Shown here in pieces: positions 38,966 through 49,117 of a stretch of 64,000 nt of DNA. Both the position numbers and the translations under genes were made by a program. The notes beneath the pieces are model-generated. The model had not been told where the DNA came from. It saw only the letters and a list, made by a program, of their open reading frames with translations, and ran no database searches. This DNA comes from Candidatus Poseidoniaceae archaeon (GTDB taxonomy: Archaea; Thermoplasmatota; Poseidoniia; Poseidoniales; Poseidoniaceae), in the NCBI GenBank assembly GCA_949373095.1, contig CASIBY010000003.1, positions 164,084 through 228,083 on the forward strand, written 5' to 3'. Numbering within the stretch: the first letter of the stretch is position 1; the number at the start of each line of letters is the position of its first letter.

Positions 38966-40613
38966 TCACTCAAGAGGGGCGGGTGCTGACGCATTAACTG
39001 CAGGTGAAACTCCAGCCTCGTACCGCTTGAAGTTGTCATTGAACATTTCAGCCAATTTGTTTGCAGTAGCATCGTAAGCATCACCATCAGTCCACGTTGT
39101 CCGTGGCTGGAGAACTTCAGAAGGTACGCCTGGGCAACTGGTTGGGACTTCAAACCCAAACCGACCGTCAGTGATGTACTCAACAGCGTCCAAATCTCCG
39201 TCAAGCGCAGCGTTGAGCATGGCTCGTGTGTACTTGATTTTCATCCTGTTTCCTTCGCCGTAAGCGCCACCGGACCAGCCGGTATTGATGAGCCAAGCCG
39301 TGGAGCCATGTTCTGCCATTTTGTCGGACAAAAGGTCAGCATAAACACCGGGGTGCATGGGCATGAAAGGTTCTCCAAAGCAGGCGGAGAAGGTAGCTTG
39401 TGGTTCTTTGACTCCGATCTCCGTTCCAGCAACTTTAGCCGTGTAGCCCGAGATGAAATGGTATGCAGCCTGAGAAGGGGTTAGCCGTGAGATTGGAGGC
39501 AGTACTCCGAAGGCATCACACGTGAGGAAAATCACATTTTGAGGGTGACCGCCCTTTGAGTCGCCAGTTCGGTTTTCGATAAATTCAATCGGATAAGACC
39601 CGCGGGTATTTTGGGTCTTTGAGGTGTCATGGAAGTCTGGGACGCCTTCTCCGTTCAATACCACATTCTCCAAGACCGTTCCAAATCGGCGCGTCGTTCC
39701 AAAGATAGCAGGCTCGTCTTCTTCGGAAAGGTCAATGAGTTTTGCATAACATCCTCCTTCAAAATTGAACACACCATTGGAGCCCCAGCCGTGCTCATCG
39801 TCTCCAATGAGGGCTCGCTTAGGGTCTGCAGATAGAGGTTGTTTTTCCAGTTCCAGAAAGTCCAAAGAAAATCGCTGTGTTCTCTCCGGTTGTGTTTGCA
39901 GAGCAGTGCATTGGGAGAATGCCTTTCTTCGGAAGAATGAGGTTCATGACAGAGAAGATGGACTTCTTGATTTCTCCAGCATAGCGTGTTCCACCGATGA
40001 TGACTTCCTTAGCAGCGTAGTTCACGATAACGAAACACTGCGAGTTCAGCCCGTCTTGTTCTGCATCTGCTTCGAAATGAGGCGCGTGGAGGACGGTGAA
40101 TTCAGGGGTATGATCGGCCATTTGGGCTTCATCGGGCCGAATGAACATGTTGCGTGCGAAGGTGTTGTGCCATGCGTTATGGTTGATAACGCGGATAGGT
40201 AGAGCTTCTGAGAAGTCTGCACCACAATACAGGTCTTGTACGAAAAGAGCGTCTTGGGCAGAGAGGTAGTCCACTACCTTTGCACGCATTCGCTCGAAGG
40301 TTTCGAGATTGGTAGAGACGTTAACCTCGCCCCAGTTAATGTCGTCAGTGACGGTTGCTTCGTCAACGATGAATTTGTCGTTCGGGGACCGACCTGTACG
40401 CTCCCCTGTTTCGGTTACCAAAGCACCGTGAGCGCTCAAGTTTCCTTCGCTGCGAGATACTGCGAGGTTGATTAAATCGCCAGCAGCGAGGTTCCAATAA
40501 ACCTCTCCTGATGGTGTAATGCCGTATTTTCCGAGGTCCCCTGAAGGGGTGCCGTGGACGCCGCCCATGCCGACCGTTTCTGCCGCCCCTCTTTGTCCCT
40601 TTTGGCTGTTCAT
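38966..40613 (-). CDS. pckA: ATP-dependent phosphoenolpyruvate carboxykinase, split by a +1 frameshift near 39837
   Basis: [34 protein letters not shown] / [27 protein letters not shown] in two frames. Confidence 0.95.
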
Positions 40614-40757
40614 TCCTCTTCTCCAAGCATTTCTTCTTAACTTCCAGTACTCGGGTTTCAAAAAACCATGACGCCATAACGGCGAAGTACGACGGTTTGG
40701 ACCATTTGCCGATTAAACAACGGTCATATTCAAGGCGGCGAGGCCTCACCAAGTCTC

Positions 40758-43700
40758 ATGGACGACCAAAGCGGAACCCGAACGGGTCCTGCAGGTGAGG
40801 ATGAAGTCTTGCGCAAGAAGGAGTTTGGACGCGCACGTGGCATGAACCTCGGGGCGTTTATGGTGGCTTCTGATGACTCAGAGAACACGGAACAACTTCC
40901 GGCTGAGGGTGAGGCGTCTGCGGAAAAAGAAGTTGATGCTGCAGTTGGAACATTAAACGAAATCTTCACCACTGATTCAGAACCGGTTAACGACGAAGAA
41001 ACGGTAGACTCTGTTACTCAAATAGCGATACACGCCGAACAGCAGATCAGCCGTGTCATGATGGTGATGATGGTCCTCATTTGGACCGCCATCGGAGCCT
41101 TGGTAGGAACTGTCTTCCCCCCTCTTCTCAGCGCAGCAGGTCTTCTTGCAATGGCGATATTTGGTTTCGGCTTGGGTGAGCGCTGGATTCCGCGTCCATC
41201 TATGCATCTTCTGGGAATAACGTGGGTCATTATCTCAATGAAGTTGCTTTACGGATTAGCACTTGACGCTTGGAGCTGGGGTTGGTTTGATTCCAGTCCA
41301 ATAGGAAGTAGCGAAACTCTCGGCATTGTGATGTTGGCCCTAGTAGGTCTCAACGTTGCAGTTGCCTTCCGTCACGATGAGGACGCTATCGCAGCGCAAT
41401 CTGCCTTGGTCCTCTTCGCAGTAGGGAGTTCCGCAGGAGCCGTCTATGGGGGGGCAGGAGTTGCAATCTTCATTCTTCTGGCTATGGCGCTCATGCACGT
41501 GCTGGCATTGTTGCGGTCTTCGGGAAATTTGGCCAGCCTTGGCATATCGATCTCCTACCTTTGGGTGGGTGTTCACGCGCTATCAGATGATTGGACCATA
41601 CTATCTTTGACGTTGATCCCTATTGAGAACGACCTCACTCTCTTCCTTCTTTTGGCGGTCGTTAGTGCAGCAAATGCGGCCATGGCAGCAGTGTTTGTTC
41701 ACCATGAAAATTGGCTCAGTTCCGCAGCCAACGCACTTGGGTTGGGCAAACCCGGCCTTTGGGCGGTATCCGTATCCATTGGAATGATCGGCGCTCTCAT
41801 GGCCATTGCAGCTCACCGGTCAGAAACAGGATATGCGCTCGCCCAATTGATGCTCCTCGCCACAGCGTTCAGTGCCTCTTACCTTGTGGTTCGTGGCGTT
41901 TCTTGGACGAGATTGATGCCGTATCTCCTCGGCCCTACGCCGTTTTTACTTGCTGGATTGGCCTTGATGGTTACGGGAACTGTATCCATAGATTGGCCGT
42001 TTGGCCTTGAAGCATACTCTATTTTTGCTTCGTTAATGGCTGCATTAACCGTCATGGTTCTTCTGCAACATCAGACCAGTGTTTCCGACCATGTGCTCTG
42101 GGTTGGAGGCATTGCGGTTGTTATCCTCCTCACCTTACTGATTCCTGCGGAGGGCGGTGGAACGAATTCGAGAATCCTTCTTGCTACACAAGGAATTGTA
42201 TGGTTGGGACTCGCGGGGCTTGCACTGCTTCGCCGCTCTCCAAGCATTGCAGGAGTCGCCGTTCTGACGCCTTACCTTTGGTTGCTCGTCTTTGCCACAG
42301 ACTTCGAATCACGCCTTGTTAGTTCGGACCTGCTCCCTATCGTTCTTGCAGAACAAGATGTTGCGATTTGGATGGCTCTGTTGGTGGTCCAACAGGTAGG
42401 CGTGAACATATCTCTTGGCAGTTCAAATCTCAATCTTGCAGGGCGTCTTGGTGGCTTCTCTGAAATCAGTGCCCGACTTCGAGATTCCAAAGCATTGAAC
42501 CTCTGGAACATTAGTTTCGTACTCGCCGTGCTGACCTTCGTTTCAATGGCCCGTCCACAGAGCCTTACTGGGATTGGACTCTTTGGAGGCATGTCACTGC
42601 TGATCTTGTCCCATGCATTCCTCGTGCTCCAAGACGTTCACAGAGGAAAACCACGAACCCTGTTTACCGTGTGGTGCGTTGCGGCCATTGCCCTTTCGTG
42701 GAAATTCGGTCAAGAAGCGATTTGGGCTCTGATTCTCGTTCTTGCAAGCAGCCTTCTTCTCCTCGCAGCAGAGCGACGTCAAAGAGAAGGCAGGACAAAG
42801 GAAGAGTTGGAACAATTAGAGGCCCTCCCTGGACGATTGCTCACCCTACACCTTGGCATCATTACCGCCTTGTTCCTCATCATTGGACTTGAGCCTCAGC
42901 GGCAAGCTGTTCTGACCGGTCAAGACGGATGGCTGAATGAAGTCGATAATCTTCGCATGCTAACAGTTCTTGGAGGGATATCTTTGGTCATCTACATGAA
43001 TCGGATTATGAAAATCGAATCGCTTCTCACCCCTACTGTAGGTGCGCTTGGATTGTTGATTGGCATGGCCTTAGCAGGTCAAGGGATGGACCAAGTAGAA
43101 ATCCAACTTGCAGCATTGATTCTCTTCGTTGTCACCGGCGCTTACTTGGCTCTTCAAGGAGAAGTGAGGTCAGGATTGAAAGCACTTGCAGCCCAAGAAC
43201 AACGCCGTGAAGAATTTGATGCAAAACGAGAACGCCTCCGACATTTAGTTGCTGATGATGGGGCTGCAGATACGACCACCTCAGTTCAGCTCAAGCACCT
43301 TGATGCAGAGATGTTACGTCTTGCAGAAGCCCAACGAAAGCGGTCCAAACGAACTGATACGGGCGCGGCAGACGACCTCATAGTGGGGGATATTCATTAC
43401 CGCCCGATCATCATTCTCATGTTCCTCGGCGTGGCATTCCTAGGTGCTGCTTGGGTTTCTTTTGCAACAGGCGGTGGGCTGCAAGCCCTAATGTTCAGCG
43501 CTGTTCTTTCGGTTCTCATGGTCGGCCTCTCTCGCTTGCGTGCGAATTCTATCGGGTTACGACTCCCAGACATTGCTGGGGTAGAGTCTCCAATTGCGTT
43601 TTGCATGACAGGCTTGGTAGTCGTTCATCTTGCTGGACGTATGACGACCGGCGTCCTTGATGGAGAAGATGCGCTCCATCTCTTTGTTCTCATGGGTGCA

Positions 43701-44582
43701 CTTGGCGTTCTTGGCGGCATGGGGTTGATTGGGCGCAACGACCTAGGACTCCGATTACCAAGTGCACTTGAAGCAGTAGTTGCTCTCTTTGCTGTTGACC
43801 GAATCCTTGCGCTCGTAGTTGGCGGGCAAGTTCCTGTTCCTTTTTCCTTCAATCCCTTAGATGGAGATACCATGCAGTGGGTTTTGCCTTTGGTCGGAAT
43901 TGAACTTGTTGTTCTTGCTCTGGTTCTGCTGTTTGACTGGGTCGAAGGTGAGCGCCTCCGAAGAGACCTTGACGACCATCGGGGCGCCTTGGGTCGCAGT
44001 GCATGGCTCGGTTGCTGTGTTCTCCTTTCCTTTGGCCCCGCCAGTCTCGTTGTTGTTCTCTTTGCGGCTCGGCGAAGCATCGCCTGGGCACAGCCTGCTG
44101 TAATGCTGGCCGTAATTGCAGCTCTTCCGTTTGCACTCCAATCGTTGAACCCATGGGCCCTTACCCCGTCTGGAATCACACTCGCCCCAGCCTTTTCAGC
44201 CTCTATTGTTGGGATTGGATGCATGATTTGGACCGCTTACATTGTCGTCAAAGAGCATGGCTCCTGGCTCTCAAGTGCATTATGGGGTGTCCACATCATG
44301 CTTTATCCAGCAGCCTTGCTTGGCCAATCGCTTCCTTTGATGGTGTTTGCAGGTCTAGCAGCATCCGTGACAGCGTGGATTTCTGGAATTTTCACTCTTC
44401 GTAAGTCATGGCGTGTAATCGGCGCAGTTGATTTGGGCATTGCATGGCTCTTTGCTGCGGTCTCGTTTGTTGCAGGTGCTCAAGTTGAATACCTTCTCGC
44501 AATGTTGGCTTCTTCGGCAATACTGCTCTTCGCAGTAACAGCATTGACCCAAGGACGTCAAGAAGCACTTGCAAACGATTGA
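40758..44582 (+). CDS. Very large polytopic membrane protein (1274 aa), function unknown
   Basis: Acidic N-terminus, roughly 30 or more hydrophobic segments, central charged coiled-coil loop. Confidence 0.8.
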   Translation: MDDQSGTRTGPAGEDEVLRKKEFGRARGMNLGAFMVASDDSENTEQLPAEGEASAEKEVDAAVGTLNEIFTTDSEPVNDEETVDSVTQIAIHAEQQISRVMMVMMVLIWTAIGALVGTVFPPLLSAAGLLAMAIFGFGLGERWIPRPSMHLLGITWVIISMKLLYGLALDAWSWGWFDSSPIGSSETLGIVMLALVGLNVAVAFRHDEDAIAAQSALVLFAVGSSAGAVYGGAGVAIFILLAMALMHVLALLRSSGNLASLGISISYLWVGVHALSDDWTILSLTLIPIENDLTLFLLLAVVSAANAAMAAVFVHHENWLSSAANALGLGKPGLWAVSVSIGMIGALMAIAAHRSETGYALAQLMLLATAFSASYLVVRGVSWTRLMPYLLGPTPFLLAGLALMVTGTVSIDWPFGLEAYSIFASLMAALTVMVLLQHQTSVSDHVLWVGGIAVVILLTLLIPAEGGGTNSRILLATQGIVWLGLAGLALLRRSPSIAGVAVLTPYLWLLVFATDFESRLVSSDLLPIVLAEQDVAIWMALLVVQQVGVNISLGSSNLNLAGRLGGFSEISARLRDSKALNLWNISFVLAVLTFVSMARPQSLTGIGLFGGMSLLILSHAFLVLQDVHRGKPRTLFTVWCVAAIALSWKFGQEAIWALILVLASSLLLLAAERRQREGRTKEELEQLEALPGRLLTLHLGIITALFLIIGLEPQRQAVLTGQDGWLNEVDNLRMLTVLGGISLVIYMNRIMKIESLLTPTVGALGLLIGMALAGQGMDQVEIQLAALILFVVTGAYLALQGEVRSGLKALAAQEQRREEFDAKRERLRHLVADDGAADTTTSVQLKHLDAEMLRLAEAQRKRSKRTDTGAADDLIVGDIHYRPIIILMFLGVAFLGAAWVSFATGGGLQALMFSAVLSVLMVGLSRLRANSIGLRLPDIAGVESPIAFCMTGLVVVHLAGRMTTGVLDGEDALHLFVLMGALGVLGGMGLIGRNDLGLRLPSALEAVVALFAVDRILALVVGGQVPVPFSFNPLDGDTMQWVLPLVGIELVVLALVLLFDWVEGERLRRDLDDHRGALGRSAWLGCCVLLSFGPASLVVVLFAARRSIAWAQPAVMLAVIAALPFALQSLNPWALTPSGITLAPAFSASIVGIGCMIWTAYIVVKEHGSWLSSALWGVHIMLYPAALLGQSLPLMVFAGLAASVTAWISGIFTLRKSWRVIGAVDLGIAWLFAAVSFVAGAQVEYLLAMLASSAILLFAVTALTQGRQEALAND

Positions 44583-44585
44583 GCG

Positions 44586-46238
44586 TCACTGGAGAGCCTT
44601 AGACAACAGGCCCTCAATGTCTTCTAGCAAGGGAAGAAACTTCTCAGAACTCAGTTCTGGTGAAAGACGCAAAGAAAGACTGGTCTTCGCTTGAGTCCCG
44701 CTGTTACGTATTCCAAATGAAAGCGTACCTTCCAAACCTTCACCGTGAACAAGAAGAAGATTTTCTTCTCCCTCAATTGTTCTGGTTCCGGCCTTGATTC
44801 CATTGTGCTTGAGCGCCGTTAGGATCTTCTCGGAAACGGTTGCTTGCAATGTATTCCCTCGCTGCCAGCGTTCTCTGTGGCTCTCTTTAACCGATGTTCT
44901 TCGCTTCCATCCGCGATTAAATGAACGGGGATTGGACTCATCTTGAGCCAGCAAAAAGGCACACAGTGAAGCAGCGCCATCGCCGACGAGACTCCACTCG
45001 CCATCATGATTCGAATGAGATGCTGGCATGACCAGATGCCCTGAATCTTCAACTCCGAGCCGTAATGGCATGGAATCGCTATGAATCAATCCGTCAGGGT
45101 GGCGTAATCCAACCGAAAGCCAACGGTCTCCAACAGCCGTTTCAAGGCATACAGTCTTGGGATGGAATTGTGAAACGAATCCTGTTAATGCAACGTCGGA
45201 TTCGATACTCGCTGCAAAACGCCACGCTCCTTGTTCTTGCCCCGCTTCGATGAGCATTGCAGCCATGGCATCTCCGTCAATCACTTTGTAACCCTCATCG
45301 GTTGCCTCAATTAGTAAACACCGGTCACCATCGCCATCCAAAGCAGCTCCAACAAGAGTTCCAGCCTCGGCTGAGTTCAGACTCGAAAGGAGCGCATGTG
45401 GAGATGAAGCCGCTTCTTCAACAGTCCATGTTTGAGTTGGAGAGAAATCACCGGCACCACAATTTGCATTGAGGGCAATTGCATTATCACTTACTTCCCG
45501 AGTTTCAATACCACGCATTGTGAGAAAGTTTGCGAGCCATGAAGCTCCGGCGCCATGAGCGCAATCAAGATGGAAGGGTGAAGCGATTCTTCCGTTTTGA
45601 ACCGAAGCGCTACACCCCCCAAAGACACCTTCAAAATCATCCCAGCGTCGTTCAAGCCATGTTTGGTGGAAGGTCTCAGCCCAATTATCAGCCATCCTAA
45701 GTGCGGGTTCACTGAGTCGTTTTTGTTCATCCAAGTTGACCTCCCGCTCCTCACTTGCGAGTGCAAACAAGGTCCGACTGATCTCCTGTTCCTGCAGCGG
45801 AGTCGTCTTGAAACCATGAGCGTCGAAGACCTTGATTCCAGAATCTGAAACAGGATTGTGACTTGCGGTGATCATGCACCCCATTCTCGCGTTGTTGTGT
45901 AAAACTGCAGCGTGAAGTGTTGGAGTAGCACATAATCCAATGTGAATCACTTCACTTCCGCTGAGTTGGAGGCCAAGCGTAAGCGCCTCAACGATAGCTT
46001 CGTTGTGAGGTCTATCGTCCCATCCGACAACTACAGTTTGCCCGTTCCCGGGGAATAGAGATTGAACGTGACTCAATGCTTCGCCCAAGACTCGCATCAG
46101 AGAAGGATGGAGCGTTCTATGCTCGGTAAGAGCCAAAATTGCATCTTCTTCATCCAGATGTTCAAGCGAGGTTTCTCCCCGAATTCCATCGGTTCCAAAA
46201 TAAGAAAATGTCATACGAACCACCTCAGCGATGTTCAA
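44586..46238 (-). CDS. Phosphohexomutase (phosphoglucosamine mutase-like)
   Basis: FGTDGIRG, ITASHNP, LDGDGDR, GVEDSGH. Confidence 0.9.
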   Translation of the reverse strand: MNIAEVVRMTFSYFGTDGIRGETSLEHLDEEDAILALTEHRTLHPSLMRVLGEALSHVQSLFPGNGQTVVVGWDDRPHNEAIVEALTLGLQLSGSEVIHIGLCATPTLHAAVLHNNARMGCMITASHNPVSDSGIKVFDAHGFKTTPLQEQEISRTLFALASEEREVNLDEQKRLSEPALRMADNWAETFHQTWLERRWDDFEGVFGGCSASVQNGRIASPFHLDCAHGAGASWLANFLTMRGIETREVSDNAIALNANCGAGDFSPTQTWTVEEAASSPHALLSSLNSAEAGTLVGAALDGDGDRCLLIEATDEGYKVIDGDAMAAMLIEAGQEQGAWRFAASIESDVALTGFVSQFHPKTVCLETAVGDRWLSVGLRHPDGLIHSDSMPLRLGVEDSGHLVMPASHSNHDGEWSLVGDGAASLCAFLLAQDESNPRSFNRGWKRRTSVKESHRERWQRGNTLQATVSEKILTALKHNGIKAGTRTIEGEENLLLVHGEGLEGTLSFGIRNSGTQAKTSLSLRLSPELSSEKFLPLLEDIEGLLSKALQ

Positions 46239-46929
46239 CGTCAGAGCCGTGGATTCCGGTAACGGTTACGTTAGGCCATACCACATTGTTACAGCCCAAA
46301 ACGACACCTGGGTTGGTGACACTGTTGCATCCGAGAGCACACCCCTCTCCCAAGATGGCACCAAATTTCCTCAAGCCGCTACCAATTCTCTTTCCGTCAA
46401 TACGGACATGGACTTCCTTCCCGTCGTTTCGTAAATTGCTCAGTTTTGTCCCAGCGCCAAGATTGACGTCAGCCCCAAGAATTGAATCACCTACATAGTT
46501 GAAGTGCGGTGCTTTTGCTCCAGGCAGAAGAACGGAATGCTTTGTCTCGGTTGAATGGCCGACAACTGCGCCAGAGCATATCCATGAAAACTCACGAACG
46601 TAAGCCCCACTACGGACCACTGCATGAGGTCCAATATAGCACGGGCCGATGATGTAAGCACCAGCCTCAACCGTTGCGGTAGCATCGATGATGATCCCTT
46701 CACCAGCCGTAAAGAATCCAGGATTCTCACAATCGATGGTTCCAGAAAGTTGGTTCATTTGGGATTTAATTCCCATTGAATGAGCCGGGTCAAGAATCCG
46801 CCAAGCTGGTTCATCAGTTGGAAACTGAGGGACTGCTCCGTCCTCAGTACCCTTGAAGGATGGAAACAATACATCCGGTTGTGTTGAGGATGGCCAGTTC
46901 ATGTGTTGGGGCACGAAGCCCCTCGGCAT
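46225..46929 (-). CDS. Hexapeptide-repeat acetyltransferase (archaeal GlmU C-terminal domain-like)
   Basis: IIGPCYIG, APHFNYVGDSILG, NLGAGT, RKFGAILG. Confidence 0.88.
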   Translation of the reverse strand: MPRGFVPQHMNWPSSTQPDVLFPSFKGTEDGAVPQFPTDEPAWRILDPAHSMGIKSQMNQLSGTIDCENPGFFTAGEGIIIDATATVEAGAYIIGPCYIGPHAVVRSGAYVREFSWICSGAVVGHSTETKHSVLLPGAKAPHFNYVGDSILGADVNLGAGTKLSNLRNDGKEVHVRIDGKRIGSGLRKFGAILGEGCALGCNSVTNPGVVLGCNNVVWPNVTVTGIHGSDVEHR

Positions 46930-46941
46930 GAATGTGGTGCT

Positions 46942-47196
46942 TCAACAGGCGGCGAGGTGATAGATTCGCTTTCCTGTTGAGGAATCCAGATGAAATTCAA
47001 TCAGTTCGGAGAGATGACGTGGAATAAACAATCCAACCTTTCTGGTTGTCAAGCCATGATTTCGCATTTTCCGATCGTTTGACAGGAAGCTGACAATATC
47101 CGCCGCAGATGCGCCGGGTGTTGCACTAACGTAATCGATGATTTCGTTCTTTAATCGTTCCAGTCGAGCCTTTTTTTGTGAGCCTTTTCCTCGCAT
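46942..47196 (-). CDS. Small basic winged-helix-like protein
   Basis: IIDYVSATPGASAADIV..TTRKVGLFI..TGKRIYHL. Confidence 0.6.
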   Translation of the reverse strand: MRGKGSQKKARLERLKNEIIDYVSATPGASAADIVSFLSNDRKMRNHGLTTRKVGLFIPRHLSELIEFHLDSSTGKRIYHLAAC

Positions 47197-47393
47197 TGTA
47201 TTCTCATATTGTACTAGGTTGAGGAAGTACATCAACGGTCGTTGGGTTCGCCCGGGGGTCCCATCATTTCTTTATTCAAAACGACCGATTTTTATTCAGT
47301 TAAGGTTTGAAATTATCTGCCCTTTGAAAAAACAAGGGCCCCAAAAGCCTCCTTCATCATGCTTGGAGAAATTTGTGCGAAAGGCCTGTTGCA

Positions 47394-47470
47394 TGGTGGG
47401 CGATGCAGGATTCGAACCCGCGTCGACGGGTTCGAAGCCCGTCAGGATATCCAAGCTACCCCAATCGCCC
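47394..47470 (-). tRNA. tRNA-Arg (anticodon TCG), CCA encoded, no intron
   Basis: Reverse complement GGGCGATTGGGGTAGCTTGGATATCCTGACGGGCTTCGAACCCGTCGACGCGGGTTCGAATCCTGCATCGCCCACCA folds as a cloverleaf; anticodon loop CT-TCG-AA. Confidence 0.96.
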
Positions 47471-47525
47471 TTGTCTCCCCGAGATGCCCACCCCTCTTCA
47501 ATAAGGCGGGTACCTTGGAAAGAGC

Positions 47526-47939
47526 ATGGCGCGCAAATTACCGTGTATCCCAACGGGATGTTCTGCGTGTTGTCGGGAGACAACGATGCCAATTACCAAG
47601 GCCGAAGCTGCTCGTCTTGCTCGCAGAACTGGAATGCAAGTACCAGATTTTGCGGTAGACATTAACGGGGCGCTAACCCTTCTGAATCAATCTTCAACTC
47701 GTGCATGTGTGTTTCTGTTAACCGATTCAGCAGACATGAATGCCGAAGGCTTGTGTTCGGTTTATGAAATTCGCCCTAAAGGATGCAGAACCTATCCTTA
47801 TGTCCTCGATGAACGTGACGAAGCCATCCTGGACAAGGGATGCCCACATAGGGAACAATTCCCAAGCCCCCCCGACGATATGGCGTTCACACTCCTCAAT
47901 CTTGAGGAACGTATCTTGCAAGAAGGATCAGACGACTGA
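47526..47939 (+). CDS. YkgJ/UPF0153 cysteine-cluster protein
   Basis: CxxxCSACC, ACVFL, CSVYEIRPKGCRTYPY. Confidence 0.88.
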   Translation: MARKLPCIPTGCSACCRETTMPITKAEAARLARRTGMQVPDFAVDINGALTLLNQSSTRACVFLLTDSADMNAEGLCSVYEIRPKGCRTYPYVLDERDEAILDKGCPHREQFPSPPDDMAFTLLNLEERILQEGSDD

Positions 47940-49041
47940 GGCTCTTGTGAACGTGCTCAACATGCGCGGATTTCGGGGTCCATCCACACGATTCTAGCAA
48001 GAGAAGAAGTTCAGGCCAAGACCCGCTTAGCAATTCAACCTCTTCATCTAATGCTACCGGAAGGTTTGGGCGCTCACCCATTGGTTTAATCGGTAGAATG
48101 AGAACAAAACCAGCACCGTCTGAAGCCACATCATACGAACTCTCCAGCGTTGCTTTTAGCAAGGATTGAGATTCCATACTTCCTTGGGAGTTTCTACCGT
48201 AAGGCGGGTCAAGAACAAATCCAGAAACGCTTCCGCGCCAGTCCTCGGGCAGAGCGTCACCGAGCCTCGTAGCATCTCCTCTTTCAATAGAACAAGTGGG
48301 GTGCTCATCTTTTCCATGTGCCCAGGCAAGGTTCCTTCTTGCTCCTTCAACCATCTCTGAATGAATATCAATTCCTATGCCGTCCCGGCCACTTAACGAT
48401 GCTTCGATAACAAATCCCCCAGTGCCGGTCATAGGGTCAACAATGGGACCTGTTCCTAGCGGTCCTGCAGCAAGATTCACTGCAAGCCGTGCAAGGCGAG
48501 GGTCAAGGCTTACCGGTTTGAAAAAAGGACGCTCAGCAGCTCGACGTTCTCCACTTCCAAAGGATGCGTTCCCACCGCCTTCCATCCAACCGCATGCGAT
48601 TGAGGAAGAGGTGCCGTCTGCAATGAGGGCGAGCGTATAATCGGGAGTCTCAAGGTCAATGTCGTATTCTGCCCGAACCATGATGCTTCCAATTTTCCCA
48701 GCGAGAGCACTGGTACTTAGGCCAGAGATTTTTCCTTCCTGACGCCAGGGTTTAACGGCTACAGAACCACTGACTGGGTGCTGGATGAGATACGCCTCCA
48801 CCGTAGAAAGAAATGCAGGCTCATCATCATTCCACGGATGAATAAATCCGTCTTCGAGAAAGCACTGAAGCCCACTCGCGATGCGGAGTGCTTCATTGCG
48901 TTGAGGCGGTGTTGTGCCGTCGACGAAGATCCATCGTTGTGATGCTGTTGGGCGTCGGCTTGCTCTGGGTAGGAGCGCACCCAATTCCGCAGAAGCGAGG
49001 GCAGGATGCCATCCCCGAAGACACGCCAAGTGTTCGCCCAT
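47896..49041 (-). CDS. tRNA (guanine10-N2)-methyltransferase Trm11/TrmG10-like
   Basis: RPFFKPVSLDPRLAR..VNL, DPMTGTGG, DPPYGR; THUMP-like N-part. Confidence 0.82.
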   Translation of the reverse strand: MGEHLACLRGWHPALASAELGALLPRASRRPTASQRWIFVDGTTPPQRNEALRIASGLQCFLEDGFIHPWNDDEPAFLSTVEAYLIQHPVSGSVAVKPWRQEGKISGLSTSALAGKIGSIMVRAEYDIDLETPDYTLALIADGTSSSIACGWMEGGGNASFGSGERRAAERPFFKPVSLDPRLARLAVNLAAGPLGTGPIVDPMTGTGGFVIEASLSGRDGIGIDIHSEMVEGARRNLAWAHGKDEHPTCSIERGDATRLGDALPEDWRGSVSGFVLDPPYGRNSQGSMESQSLLKATLESSYDVASDGAGFVLILPIKPMGERPNLPVALDEEVELLSGSWPELLLLLESCGWTPKSAHVEHVHKSLSRLILLARYVPQD

Positions 49042-49117
49042 GGCCCTGCCTGTGGCTTTGACTTCTTGATGCTCTCGCAGGCCAACCCCTACATAGGGTG
49101 ACCCGCTGCTTCTTTAC

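Noticed and set aside
47394-47470. tRNA-Arg as an integration site
   Set aside because: No duplicated tRNA 3' end or integrase noticed; the flanks are housekeeping-like genes
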